Assembly (NCBI GenBank): GCA_048128005.1
Contig: JBEUKZ010000071.1
Span: forward strand, 124,001-188,000
Direction of reading: 5' to 3'
Source: Veleropilina oligotropha
Taxonomy: Eukaryota
DNA length: 64,000 nucleotides
The notes beneath the pieces were generated by a model, which was not told where the DNA came from, made no database searches, and saw only the letters and a program-made list of their open reading frames with translations. A program made the translations under genes and the position numbers. Positions 1-10,508 of this stretch are shown here, in pieces (within the stretch, counting starts at the first letter, position 1; each line of letters starts with the position of its first letter).

Positions 1-233
1 ACATGCTTTTTATGCATAAACATTATCTCTTGTATACATGCGTAACTTAACTTTGGAAGAAGCTCTTCCATAATTATAGTAGTAAGTTGTATTATCTTTG
101 TATATCACCAGTCTAGCATGATAACTTTTCATCTAAAATGGCACTTATTACTCCTCAGAAATGTAAAGTTTTAATTTCATTGATATTGAACAAGCTGTTT
201 ATGTCACAATCTTATCTTCACTTTGCAGGAAAG

Positions 234-924
234 ATGCCGGTAGCAAAGTTTCACCATCACCATGGGCAGAATATTTGTCTACTTGATGACAGCATCGTTG
301 CATACAGAGAAACCAGCTTTGCACAAGCACTAACATTCAGTGAAAAGCCACTAAAACCAGGTGAAATATTTCTTGTGGAGATTGAAAAGAATGAACGTGG
401 TTGGAGTGGGCATCTGAGAATCGGCCTCACACAGTACAATCCCAGCGAGCATTTCGATCTCCCCCAGTACGCCCTCCCTGACCTAACCAACATGGGGCAG
501 TCGTGGATATTTGCAGTGACCAAGTCTCACAACACGATGTTCGTTGAGGGTTGCGATTCACCAAATGGCGACTCGGGGTATGGACATTCTATTTTAGGTC
601 ATTCGGACGTCGTGCGAACGTCTAACGGCGCGTTTTGTCGCAGCATGCTTATGCCTGTGCTTCTTCAGTCAAGTCGCGACGACAAACTGTGGTCCATGGA
701 CCACGGAGCTAAGAGTCTTCAGAACATCATCCCGACGGACGTGGGCAGTCGCATCGGCATCCTATACATCGTGGTGGACAATGAGGCCGAAATGCATTTT
801 ATAATCAATGGTGAAGACCAGGGAGCCTGCGCCAAGAAGATCCCCTACCGGGATGCACCGCTGTACGTTGTGGTAGACGTGTACGGCACGACAAAGCAAG
901 TCAGGATCGTCCAGCTGTACGGAG
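234..924 (+). CDS. NEURL2: Neuralized-like protein 2, coding exon with NHR (neuralized homology repeat) domain
   Basis: Translation FHHHHGQNI...[32 protein letters not shown]...[17 protein letters not shown] is an NHR domain. Acceptor ttgcag ends at 228, ATG at 234, donor G|gtgagc at 924/925 (phase 1). Confidence 0.88.
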
Positions 925-1725
925 GTGAGCTAAAACAGTTTCTTTCCATTATATTTGGATTAACTATGTCTGTTTTTATTTATTTCATCTTTAGAAATTC
1001 CCACATTAATACCTCTGATAATGATTTTGGGCAATTCCACGGCAACGTTGTCATGAAGACAAGACCATATTTCATCTATATTTAATCAAATATATGCAAT
1101 ATAAAATATATTTTGCTGCCATTTTCACTGTTATAGAAGTACTTCAATAAAAATAAAGTATATACAGATATGAAGGCAATATTTTTAAAATTTACCAAAT
1201 GTATGTCTTAAAAACATGAATTACCAAAATTGGAGGTAGGCACCAATTAAAGATGCTATCTGGTGTGCATTTGAAATTAAATATTTTAAACCTCTAGTGT
1301 TAGCATATTAAAGAGGAATATCTCCTATTTCAATTTGCACTAACAGCAATTCGACTAAAATTAAGATTAAGTAAAAAATTGGTCTTTCTTGGTAAAACAC
1401 TTCAACGTCAGTTACAAAATCGATGTAACGTCAGTTACGGAGACATTAGTTGCTCTGTGTAAACTAATTGAAAATAACTTATCTAATTAACCATATATGG
1501 GCATCGATCCTTTCAATGAGATGAGCAGATAGTTGAAGTATATGGAGGAATTTTTTCCTGTTGAAATTAATGAAATGAAGATTGGATAATTAGTTGTACA
1601 GTAAATAAATATCTGCATTTTATCTGCATTTTATTTTAAAATATAAAATTTATATGCATTTTATTTTAAAATATAAAATTTCAAGATCTTGACATTGTAT
1701 CGAATGTACGTAAATATATAGTTAC

Positions 1726-1932
1726 AAACATACTTACGTCCTTACTCTTGCCATAATAGCATATTATCGCCCAAACCGGAAATGGTGAATATGTCCCATA
1801 ATGCACCGTTAACAAGCCAAAAAAGCACACGGTTACCTCCCCTGCTCCTACCCCCCACGTTCCCTAGCGAGACTTCGCCAAGTCTCGTGAGACTTCTGAA
1901 CAATAGAAGTCACATGACATCAATTCAAAGTT
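1726..1932. repeat. DIRS left inverted terminal repeat
   Basis: Reverse complement of 8924-9130; no mismatch seen by eye. Confidence 0.9.
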
Positions 1933-2710
1933 TTCCGCTGTCGCGGAAAGACGTTGTTTTGCTCCGCAAATATTTCGATATAGGCGCCCGATTTCACGTT
2001 AAATCAGGGCGCAGTTTCTGCTTATATAGTATATAAGTAGTGGAATATAACCCTGTGTTGTGGATCTAAAACACATGTGAATATAAGAAGAGTGATTCTC
2101 AAACTTCGAGGAAGTTCTGGACATCAAAGGAAACAGACATCGTCGTCAAGGACGCCAGTGGCCGTTAAAGAGGCCGCTTAGAGGGAAAATTTCGAGTGGT
2201 AGCTGAAATTTCTGGTCTGTATAATTATCTGATATTGTTTGAGACTGCAAAACAGGTAACTCATTATATTGGATAATTCCTTAACAACGCTATTTGCTGG
2301 TTATTATTATATAAAATTTTCTAGCGTTGTTAAAAGGCAGGATCTTTTGATATTAAGCTTGCGTTAATTTTCTGATATCCTGCCGTGGCTGGGATAATAC
2401 GCCATTGTACTAACATAAAACATCCACGAGGTTTTCAGGTGTTTTTCTGGGCGGGTTTTTTCGAGGAAATAACCTCCCTTTGTTTTAGTCAATTTGCCGG
2501 GTTACCGGGTCGGTCGGGTAAAATACCCGACCTCGGTGTTCCCAGTTCGGGGTTTTTAATAACGGTATATCGCTTGATCTCTAATCTTCAGATCAGGACA
2601 ATTCTGTGAGTTGTCGTAGTACTCCCTCCAAGGAAAGAAGTCTCAACTACCATATATATACCTATTTATCTACCCCGTCTACCCACGTCCACCCTCCCGT
2701 GTATTTAGCT

Positions 2711-4954
2711 ATGGTCCGGTGCAGTAGCTCCGGGTGTAACCACAAAATTCACGCATTTGATAGGCACAAGGAATGTTGTACTCATCGTAGCTGTAGTATA
2801 CATCATCAATGTGATCTGTGCTTTCTTCTATCAGATAAGCAGTGGGCAACCCTGTCTCACCACGGTAAGTCGACCAGGGCGACTGCCACGGTGGGTCCTC
2901 CCGTGGAGAAGGGTCATGAAGAGACCGGTAAGTTACCTAACGTTTCTTCTTTGTCTGCTTCAGGGACGCTGGACGACAGCCGACAGACGTCTGTCGCCGG
3001 ATCCACCGGCGAAACCTCCGCGACTCTTGGGAGAGTCACCGAAACCTTGCCGGTACCCCAGATTCAGGTAAAGACCCGAGTGTCGACCGTTCCTCCACAA
3101 CTGGGCCTAGTAACTGCAGTCAGCCATACCTTGCCGGCTAGCAAGGTATACATGACAGCGCAGCGAACAGCTGAACAGGGCAGACTATCCCCATCCTTTT
3201 CTTCGGCCTCGAAGAATAAGGGGACAGTTAGTCCTTCTGCGGGAAACTCACCGTCTTCCTACGGTGACAGACCCAATGCAGAGAAAGCCTTTAAAGAGGC
3301 CGGGCACCTACTTGTAGGTCTAAGACTCGGACAATCGGCGAAACCTGAATCCTCGGTCGAGAACGATGCGACTTCCCCTAGGGGTTTTCCGCTCAACCTC
3401 GAAGCTCACGAGACATTCAGAGGGCCCGGTCTCTCCCGTGCACCCACCGTGGTCACGCTAGAGAACGTGGACAGACCGGCTGCGTTCGGGACGGGGTTCT
3501 ACGGCGGTTTTCCGTCCGTGCCTCGCTCGAACAGAGTGGTAGACCGATCAGAACTGTTGCCGCAGTCCTATCGGTCGTCCGGCCCACTGACTGCGCCTCC
3601 GGGCCAGTCCTTCGGGTTCGACCCCTCGACAAGTGCCCGTGGACCCTGGTCCTCGGTTCGACCTGTCAATGCAGCCCGTCTACCTAGCGCCACGGTTACC
3701 TCGACAGAACTACCGGCTGTTAGTTCGTCGCCCGTCCTGCCTCCGGGTTTCTCTTTTGAGAACGTCCAGGCATGGATCGCGGCGGGGATCGAGGAACGGT
3801 GTAAGGCCTGGCCGACGGCTCCCGAGCCGCACCTGGTACCTACACTTCTGCCCATGGCGCAGAGCACGGCTCCTGCCTCAGTGATAGACATCGACCCTCG
3901 TTCCAACGAGGATCTCTGTTCAAATCACTCCGACCTCCCTGAATCGGTCGGGTCCGAAGACATTAGTCTTACAGGCACGCAGGAGCCGACCTCCTCCACC
4001 CGCCGAAGGCTCGACGCTGTTGCGTCACTTCGCGGGGTGCTTGGCTTGTCGGAACCGACTCGGTCGGCTGTAGACGTAGCCAAGCATAGGACGGCAGCAC
4101 ATCGGTTTGTTGCGAGGGAAGCCCCCGAGCTCCCCTCCTTACCTCAGTCCGGGCTGGTGGATCTTGTTGTAGACTCGATCACCAAGCTCGTTCAGGGGCG
4201 CAATCCGGTGGAGTCCTCCCCGCTGAACGAGTTCCCTTCGGGGTTCCGTAGTGGGAGGTACCTCCGGGCCAGTACTCGAGCGACCCCGTTCGAATGCACT
4301 GGCCCGTGCCTGGCGACTGAGCCGGCTCGTGTTGACGCTTCGTTGCGTCGACTGACCGCCAGTCACACTCCCTCCGTAGCGAAAGTTCCTTGGTCCGCCT
4401 TGGAAGCTTTCGAGAGCTCCGCCCGACGGGCTCTGCGGCTATCGTCCGTTCAGGATTTTTTCCTAGACGGGGCGATAGCCGTATTACAGGAGAATGGACC
4501 CGGCGCCACCGAGGCTGCCCTGTCCTTCCTCCAGGAGGTTGCTGCCGCGCAGGAGACCAGCGCGTTGGAGACGGGACGTGTCCTGGGCAATGCCCTCCTA
4601 CTACGTAGGGATGCTTGCCTGGAAGGTACCTCGCTGGACGAGCCCACCCGGCGCTCGTTGCGATGCGTACCTTGCTCGGCCACCACTCTCTTTGGTGACA
4701 ACTTCACGGAGTTTGTTGACAAGAGAGCGGCGGACATTAAGGACCGTGCCATCGAGAAGGCAGTACTGCTCCCCACCCGGGGTCCACCTGCCAACTCGAA
4801 GAAGCGCTCCGGGCCCACCCCGGCCCCGAAGCCTTCTAAGCGTGCGAAGCCCTCTTCGGGTGGTAGGCCTCCGGCCAATAAACCCACTCCAAAGAGGCGA
4901 GCACCTCCAGCAAAATCCCGCAAGCAGAGCGGGATAGGGAAGCCTCGGCCCTAG
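2711..4954 (+). CDS. DIRS ORF1 (gag-like) with N-terminal Cys/His zinc-finger-like motif
   Basis: First ATG 2711 (MVRCSSSGC...DRHKECCTH...CDLC), low-complexity middle, LLRRDACL...LFG block, basic C-terminus; lies upstream of RT. Confidence 0.8.
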   Translation: MVRCSSSGCNHKIHAFDRHKECCTHRSCSIHHQCDLCFLLSDKQWATLSHHGKSTRATATVGPPVEKGHEETGKLPNVSSLSASGTLDDSRQTSVAGSTGETSATLGRVTETLPVPQIQVKTRVSTVPPQLGLVTAVSHTLPASKVYMTAQRTAEQGRLSPSFSSASKNKGTVSPSAGNSPSSYGDRPNAEKAFKEAGHLLVGLRLGQSAKPESSVENDATSPRGFPLNLEAHETFRGPGLSRAPTVVTLENVDRPAAFGTGFYGGFPSVPRSNRVVDRSELLPQSYRSSGPLTAPPGQSFGFDPSTSARGPWSSVRPVNAARLPSATVTSTELPAVSSSPVLPPGFSFENVQAWIAAGIEERCKAWPTAPEPHLVPTLLPMAQSTAPASVIDIDPRSNEDLCSNHSDLPESVGSEDISLTGTQEPTSSTRRRLDAVASLRGVLGLSEPTRSAVDVAKHRTAAHRFVAREAPELPSLPQSGLVDLVVDSITKLVQGRNPVESSPLNEFPSGFRSGRYLRASTRATPFECTGPCLATEPARVDASLRRLTASHTPSVAKVPWSALEAFESSARRALRLSSVQDFFLDGAIAVLQENGPGATEAALSFLQEVAAAQETSALETGRVLGNALLLRRDACLEGTSLDEPTRRSLRCVPCSATTLFGDNFTEFVDKRAADIKDRAIEKAVLLPTRGPPANSKKRSGPTPAPKPSKRAKPSSGGRPPANKPTPKRRAPPAKSRKQSGIGKPRP

Positions 4955-4981
4955 GGCTGCCGGCATTCGCGACGGCCCCAG

Positions 4982-7939
4982 TTGCCCGCTCCCGCCGGTG
5001 GGAGCGTGCCTGTTAGCACACAGCCAGCCCTGGCTAGAGCTGACAGACAGCAACTGGGTCCACTTAGTCGTGAGTGCCGGATACAAGTTGGCATTCAACC
5101 GGCATCCGACCTTAACCGAGGCACCACCAACAAGACACGCTCGACTCCTAAACGGAGAGAAACAAGCGGTCTTAGACCAGGCAGTGCGGGATTTGCTCCT
5201 AAAAAGAGCGATATATCCCGCGCCGCCCAGCACACCAGGATTTTACAGCCATTTCTTCCTGGTCCCGAAACCCGATGGCCGCTGGAGACCGATCCTCGAT
5301 CTCTCGTACTTAAACCTATATCTTCGTACCGAGAAATTCCAGCAAGAAACCCTCTCGAAGATTCGAGCGGCCATCCGTCCGGGCGACTGGGCAGCGTCTA
5401 TCGATCTCGCCGACGCGTATCTGCATGTCCCGATGCATATCACGGCTCATCAGTACCTTCGGTTTATACACGGGGAGACGATCTACCAATTCAGGTGCCT
5501 ACCGTTCGGTCTATCGTCAGCCCCGTACGTCTTCACGAGAACAGTACAGGCCCTGGGGGCCTTCCTACACTCTCTAGGGCACAGGGTACATATGTACCTC
5601 GACGACTGGCTGATCCTCGGGGCGTCCCGAGATCTGTGCCTCCGGTCTACGAGCTTTACCCTGTCATCGACGAAGCGCCTGGGATTTCAGATCAACGAGA
5701 CAAAATCCTGCTTCGTGCCCTCGACGACGTTTACGTTCCTCGGAGTCGACTTCGATACGGTCCGGTACACCGCGAAGCCGACCCAGAAGCGTATGCGGAA
5801 CCTACGCGCGGTTATCCAAGACACCCTGTCATCGGACATAACTACGGCGCGACAACTGGCCACTGTCCTGGGGCACATCGAGTCGGTAGCGCCCCTGCTA
5901 CCGACGGGTCGCATGGACAAAAGACCGTTACAACAGGCTTTCAGGGATCGCTGGATACAACGGACGGGGCAGTGGAAGGATCGCATCGATCTACGGCATT
6001 GGTTTACCGACACGACAGCAGTGTGGTTGAACCCCGCTTTGCCGGACCAGTCGGTTCCTATATCCCCACCAGAGCCGAACGCTTACCTGTTCACAGACGC
6101 TTCGAACGACGGCTGGGGTGGTCACCTCGACAGTTACGAGACATCAGGCCTATGGCCGACAGACCTTCAGGGACGACATATCAACTTCCTAGAGTTAGAA
6201 GCCGTCTACCTGTCAGTACGGTCCCTCTCGTCACATCTCCGCAACAAGCATATAATGCTCGCCACGGACAACACGACTGTCGTCGCTTACATACAGCACC
6301 AGGGCGGTACACGCTCGCGTCCCCTATGCGACCGAGCAATAGACCTACACCGCTTAGTGATGTCCCTCAACTCGACGATTCGAGCCCGACACATCCCGGG
6401 AAAGCTGAATGTCAGAGCGGATTCGCTCTCTCGGAGATCACAGATTATACACACAGAATGGACGCTACACAGCCGAGTAGCTCGGGATGTTTGCCGCCGG
6501 TGGTCGCAACCCCAAGTCGACTTGTTTGCAACAGAATTCAATTACCGACTACCTCTGTATGTCTCCCCGTACCCAGACCCGGCCGCCCTGGCGGTCGACG
6601 CAATGTCAATGACATGGGAGAATCTGTCCGCGTATGCCTTCCCCCCGACGTGCATTCTATCACTGGTATTACAGAAGGCAGCGACCGAACGTTGCGAGAT
6701 AACGCTAATAGCGCCCCTGTATCGCACGCAACCTTGGTTTCCGACCCTCCTCGATCTGATCGTCGATCGACCGTTAGCGTTACCGCAGAAACTAGACCTG
6801 TTAATGCAACCACGCACCCGTGTACTCCACGAGTCGCCGAACCACTTACGTTTACACGCCTGGCGGTTATCGAACGATCCCTTGCTAAGAAAGGATTTTC
6901 TAAAGCTACAGCCTTACGTATCTATCGATCGAGAAGGATTTCCACTACAAAAGTCTATGACTACCGATGGGTTAAGTACGTGGATTGGTGTCACAGCAGG
7001 CAGATCAATATACTCCGTCCCCCTGTGAACAAGTTTATCGAGTTTTTATCGTCGCTCTTCGACCGCGGTATGTCAGTGTCCGCCGTCAAAGGCTATCGGG
7101 CAACGATCGCGACCACGCTAAAGCAGTGTCGTGCCCATGCTGGCCTATCAAGCGACCGAACGATATCAGATTTTATACGATCTTATGAACTCGAGATACC
7201 GACCCGAAGAATTAAGCCACCTGCCTGGAATATCGTACTTATTCTTAACGCATTACTCTTACCCCCGTATGAGCCGATGTCCGAGATAACCATGAGGAAC
7301 TTGACGCACAAAACAGTTTTTCTGATCGCCTTAGCGTCGGGCAGGCGTTGTTCCGAGATTCATGCTTTCTCCTCCGAGCTAAGAGACATACGATTCCAGT
7401 CAGACGGGTCGGTGATACTGCGTCCCATTCTGGGCTTCTTAGCCAAGAACCAGCGGCCGAACGAGGACGCACCCGATGTTGTTATTCCCAAGCTAACGCT
7501 AGTCGGAAGGCGCGACGCAGACCGCTTCAATTGCCCGGTCCGGGCGCTTCGATTCTACCTAGACAGAACCCGTGAGTTGCGACAGGGAAAATTACGTTTA
7601 TTCATTTCGTATTTGCCCACCTACACCCGCGACATTACGAGGACTACTGTTTCGCGGTGGATTTCACAAACTGTGAGAGATGTTTACATCCGTTGTGATG
7701 ACGACGACCGAACTATTTTATCGGTCCGCGCACATGAGGTCCGGGCCATTGCAGCGTCTGTAGCCTTCCGCCATAACTTAAATATCAATGCGTTACTACA
7801 GGCCGGATATTGGAAAAACGCTAACGTGTTTGTAAAACATTATCTGCGCGACTACTCAACCGGGGCTGATGGCCTAAGCAGTTTACACTGTGTTGCTGCA
7901 CAACGGGTTATTGTTAGACCGAGGTCTTCTAATCAGTAA
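4982..7939 (+). CDS. DIRS tyrosine recombinase ORF, overlapping the RT ORF in another frame (YR domain ~6900-7939)
   Basis: YR catalytic motifs LASGRRCSEI (R), CPVRAL, AHEVR (HxxR), YW...FVKHY (Y). Confidence 0.9.
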   Translation: MPAPAGGSVPVSTQPALARADRQQLGPLSRECRIQVGIQPASDLNRGTTNKTRSTPKRRETSGLRPGSAGFAPKKSDISRAAQHTRILQPFLPGPETRWPLETDPRSLVLKPISSYREIPARNPLEDSSGHPSGRLGSVYRSRRRVSACPDAYHGSSVPSVYTRGDDLPIQVPTVRSIVSPVRLHENSTGPGGLPTLSRAQGTYVPRRLADPRGVPRSVPPVYELYPVIDEAPGISDQRDKILLRALDDVYVPRSRLRYGPVHREADPEAYAEPTRGYPRHPVIGHNYGATTGHCPGAHRVGSAPATDGSHGQKTVTTGFQGSLDTTDGAVEGSHRSTALVYRHDSSVVEPRFAGPVGSYIPTRAERLPVHRRFERRLGWSPRQLRDIRPMADRPSGTTYQLPRVRSRLPVSTVPLVTSPQQAYNARHGQHDCRRLHTAPGRYTLASPMRPSNRPTPLSDVPQLDDSSPTHPGKAECQSGFALSEITDYTHRMDATQPSSSGCLPPVVATPSRLVCNRIQLPTTSVCLPVPRPGRPGGRRNVNDMGESVRVCLPPDVHSITGITEGSDRTLRDNANSAPVSHATLVSDPPRSDRRSTVSVTAETRPVNATTHPCTPRVAEPLTFTRLAVIERSLAKKGFSKATALRIYRSRRISTTKVYDYRWVKYVDWCHSRQINILRPPVNKFIEFLSSLFDRGMSVSAVKGYRATIATTLKQCRAHAGLSSDRTISDFIRSYELEIPTRRIKPPAWNIVLILNALLLPPYEPMSEITMRNLTHKTVFLIALASGRRCSEIHAFSSELRDIRFQSDGSVILRPILGFLAKNQRPNEDAPDVVIPKLTLVGRRDADRFNCPVRALRFYLDRTRELRQGKLRLFISYLPTYTRDITRTTVSRWISQTVRDVYIRCDDDDRTILSVRAHEVRAIAASVAFRHNLNINALLQAGYWKNANVFVKHYLRDYSTGADGLSSLHCVAAQRVIVRPRSSNQ
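4998..7028 (+). CDS. DIRS reverse transcriptase - RNase H - adenine methyltransferase-like ORF (start uncertain)
   Basis: RT motifs WRPILDL, SIDLADAYLH, LPFGLSSAP, YLDDWL; RNase H FTDAS, HINFLEL, TDNTT, ADSLSR; MT-like VDLFA...YAFPP. Confidence 0.95.
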   Translation: MGACLLAHSQPWLELTDSNWVHLVVSAGYKLAFNRHPTLTEAPPTRHARLLNGEKQAVLDQAVRDLLLKRAIYPAPPSTPGFYSHFFLVPKPDGRWRPILDLSYLNLYLRTEKFQQETLSKIRAAIRPGDWAASIDLADAYLHVPMHITAHQYLRFIHGETIYQFRCLPFGLSSAPYVFTRTVQALGAFLHSLGHRVHMYLDDWLILGASRDLCLRSTSFTLSSTKRLGFQINETKSCFVPSTTFTFLGVDFDTVRYTAKPTQKRMRNLRAVIQDTLSSDITTARQLATVLGHIESVAPLLPTGRMDKRPLQQAFRDRWIQRTGQWKDRIDLRHWFTDTTAVWLNPALPDQSVPISPPEPNAYLFTDASNDGWGGHLDSYETSGLWPTDLQGRHINFLELEAVYLSVRSLSSHLRNKHIMLATDNTTVVAYIQHQGGTRSRPLCDRAIDLHRLVMSLNSTIRARHIPGKLNVRADSLSRRSQIIHTEWTLHSRVARDVCRRWSQPQVDLFATEFNYRLPLYVSPYPDPAALAVDAMSMTWENLSAYAFPPTCILSLVLQKAATERCEITLIAPLYRTQPWFPTLLDLIVDRPLALPQKLDLLMQPRTRVLHESPNHLRLHAWRLSNDPLLRKDFLKLQPYVSIDREGFPLQKSMTTDGLSTWIGVTAGRSIYSVPL

Positions 7940-8772
7940 GTATTGTTCTCTGATTGCTCATTTGCATATTTACTGACGCCATTTTATTTTCGTTGGCCAA
8001 ACGGTGCTATGTAATTAACACCTATGGGGCAGTTCAATGTCTGTTCATTTCTTAAATCTAATTTAAGATTTTGTACTTCTCATGTCAGACTGAGTGTTGA
8101 CATAAGCCAGATCACATTGAATTTAATAAAACAACTTTGATAATTTTGCACAAATCTTAAAAAGATTAGGGTTCAATATTATTATGTTCTTTGCTGTAAT
8201 CGAACATACGATGTTCAATACATTTAAAATGTTGATTCCTTAACATTTATTTTTAAGTAACATGTCGAACATTTTTGCTTCCTTAAAATTTATTTTAAGT
8301 GACATGTCGTCCATGTTAGCGTTCGCACGTTGGTCATGCGAACTACTTATTAATATCGATTATTATATAATCTATTAATTCTTTGCTTTTGATTTTAAAG
8401 CTTTCACAACCTGTTAGGTTCCGTGTGCTTACAAATCCGACTGCATCCTCTGGCTACCGGCCTATAGGCCCGGAGTCCCATTTGGCTGCCACTGGTCCAT
8501 GACACGTAAGACCTACAGGGATTTATCCTTCCGGCCGTGCCAGGGGCTGATTGCACTTCCGTTCACCTCGTCCGACTAACACCACGGCGTATTCTCCCGG
8601 TAACACTGGTCGAAATTCTCGCCTGGTAAGAGTAGAATATAATACTCAGTAAAAATTCCACTCTAGGCGGACACACTCGACGCTTCATGCTGATCGAATT
8701 GGTGAAAAGTAAGTCATTATCTTGTTTGGGTTTGTTGTAAGGAACGTCTTACCCACCTATCCAAGGTTATTC

Positions 8773-8862
8773 TGGCAAGAGTAAGGACGTAAGTATGTTT
8801 GTAACTATATATGAGGTTTTAATGTAAACCTAATATTAGTATAAAACATACTTACGTCCTTA
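8773..8862. repeat. DIRS internal complementary region (ICR)
   Basis: ggcaagagtaaggacgtaagtatgtttgtaactatat is complementary to the left end; atgaggttttaatgtaaacctaatattagtataaaacatac is complementary to the right extension 9131-9163. Confidence 0.88.
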
Positions 8863-8923
8863 CACGATTACCCACCCTGCGTTTCGCATTCCTCCCCTCT
8901 ACTACGTTCCTTTGTGGTTTTTG

Positions 8924-9130
8924 AACTTTGAATTGATGTCATGTGACTTCTATTGTTCAGAAGTCTCACGAGACTTGGCGAAGTCTCGCTAGGGAACGTG
9001 GGGGGTAGGAGCAGGGGAGGTAACCGTGTGCTTTTTTGGCTTGTTAACGGTGCATTATGGGACATATTCACCATTTCCGGTTTGGGCGATAATATGCTAT
9101 TATGGCAAGAGTAAGGACGTAAGTATGTTT
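8924..9130. repeat. DIRS right inverted terminal repeat
   Basis: Reverse complement of 1726-1932. Confidence 0.9.
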
Positions 9131-9244
9131 TATACTAATATTAGGTTTACATTAAAACCTCATTTACGATCTTTCATTGGAATGGAATGCTTGCATGATC
9201 ATAAATTAATGACAACACTAAATGCTGCCTCTCATTTATTTCAG

Positions 9245-9360
9245 TGAGTTCTCTTCAAAACGCTTGCCGGGATTTGATTTTGCAGATTATTCGAAAAGAT
9301 CACGTGAGCAAGCTCCCACTGCCGAAAAAAATGAAGCAGTTCTTACGCTACGAGTTATGA
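9245..9360 (+). CDS. NEURL2: NEURL2 last coding exon, SOCS box
   Basis: Acceptor tttcag at 9244. The phase-1 join gives VSSLQNACRDLILQIIRKDHVSKLPLPKKMKQFLRYEL*, a typical SOCS box. NHR plus SOCS box is the NEURL2 architecture. AATAAA near 9491. Confidence 0.88.
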
Positions 9361-10508
9361 TTTTACGCATGCACACTTCGAAGATAGTGTGCCTTTAACT
9401 CTCCTGTCCCTCCCTGTTTCTCCACACCGGTATAGATAGCACAGTATCTCAGCACAATGCTGTCTGGAATGTGGAATAGTGATGTGATACAATAAACATA
9501 ACAATTATTCAGTTAAATTTTAACCTGTTTGACATTTAATTTGTTCGCATACTTGACAGTGAAATATTTTAGAAGATATATTTGGGATTGTATATTTTAA
9601 TGTATATAGAATATGCTATTTATTTATGGAAAGAGCATCGTTATTAATCTTCCCACTTGTGAATCATCAAATGAGTAGGAGATAAATGCACACAATACCC
9701 TCTTTGTAGTTTTCTTTCGATTGTAAATTAATTAAAAAAGCAGAATCGTCATATTTAATCTACTACAAAACTACGACATGCATATTGTTATATTGTTGCT
9801 CATATCTATCTGGAGCATGATCGATCATTGATTGATAAATCTGTCTAGAGCATGATCGATCATTGATTGATAAATCTTACCAAAACTATAGAAACCAGAA
9901 CCTGTTGCATTGCACGATATCCAAATATGAATAGCCAGTTGATAACGAGTTCCTGTATACATTTCTGTTCCATTCTATACAACTAGGAAATAATATTTTT
10001 AATGCAGACATGACAATAGATCACTAATCCATATCTAGATACAAATAACAGACAGTTCATCTTTTCATTGATGAAAATCGGGTTTAATGACTCGCCTGAG
10101 GCTGTTCTCTGTAAACTGCATGTACGTACCTGTTCTTATAGCAATTCATGGGCCAGTAGCGAATTTCTGAATCTTTAAGTTTTATTATTGTTTTGCATAT
10201 ATATGTTGAATTTGCAATTTACGTATAGTAATTTGTTCTAGTAGTGGCGTGCAATGTATGATGTGTATATATAATATGTAGATTTATTTGTTATAGTATT
10301 TCAGGTCAACATTGCTGTATGGCTGTGACAAATCAGGACATGTAATTTAATGTGTACAAGAACAACATTGCTAAGCAGACTCACTTGAAACATTTTAAGA
10401 TCATAGCTCTTTGGTCTTAGTTTTTTTAAGATAATGTAAATGTGGAAACTTGAAATATCTAATTACAGTGTTAACCACCTCCAAGCCAATGGTTTGAAAT
10501 CTTCATAA

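Larger units (their letters stand above)
1714..9163 (+). mobile_element. DIRS1-type tyrosine-recombinase retrotransposon, apparently intact, in NEURL2 intron
   Basis: Inverted terminal repeats 1726-1932 and 8924-9130. Internal complementary region ~8773-8862 matches both outer ends. Gag-like, RT-RNaseH-methyltransferase and YR ORFs are all open. Confidence 0.95.

Noticed and set aside
138..1085. 315-aa single-exon NEURL2 ORF
   Set aside because: Both extensions are intronic read-through; the splice sites at 228 and 925 and the SOCS exon at 9245 explain the gene better.
8400..8760. Hammerhead ribozyme in the DIRS 3' region
   Set aside because: No CUGAUGA...GAAA core with compatible stems found by eye.
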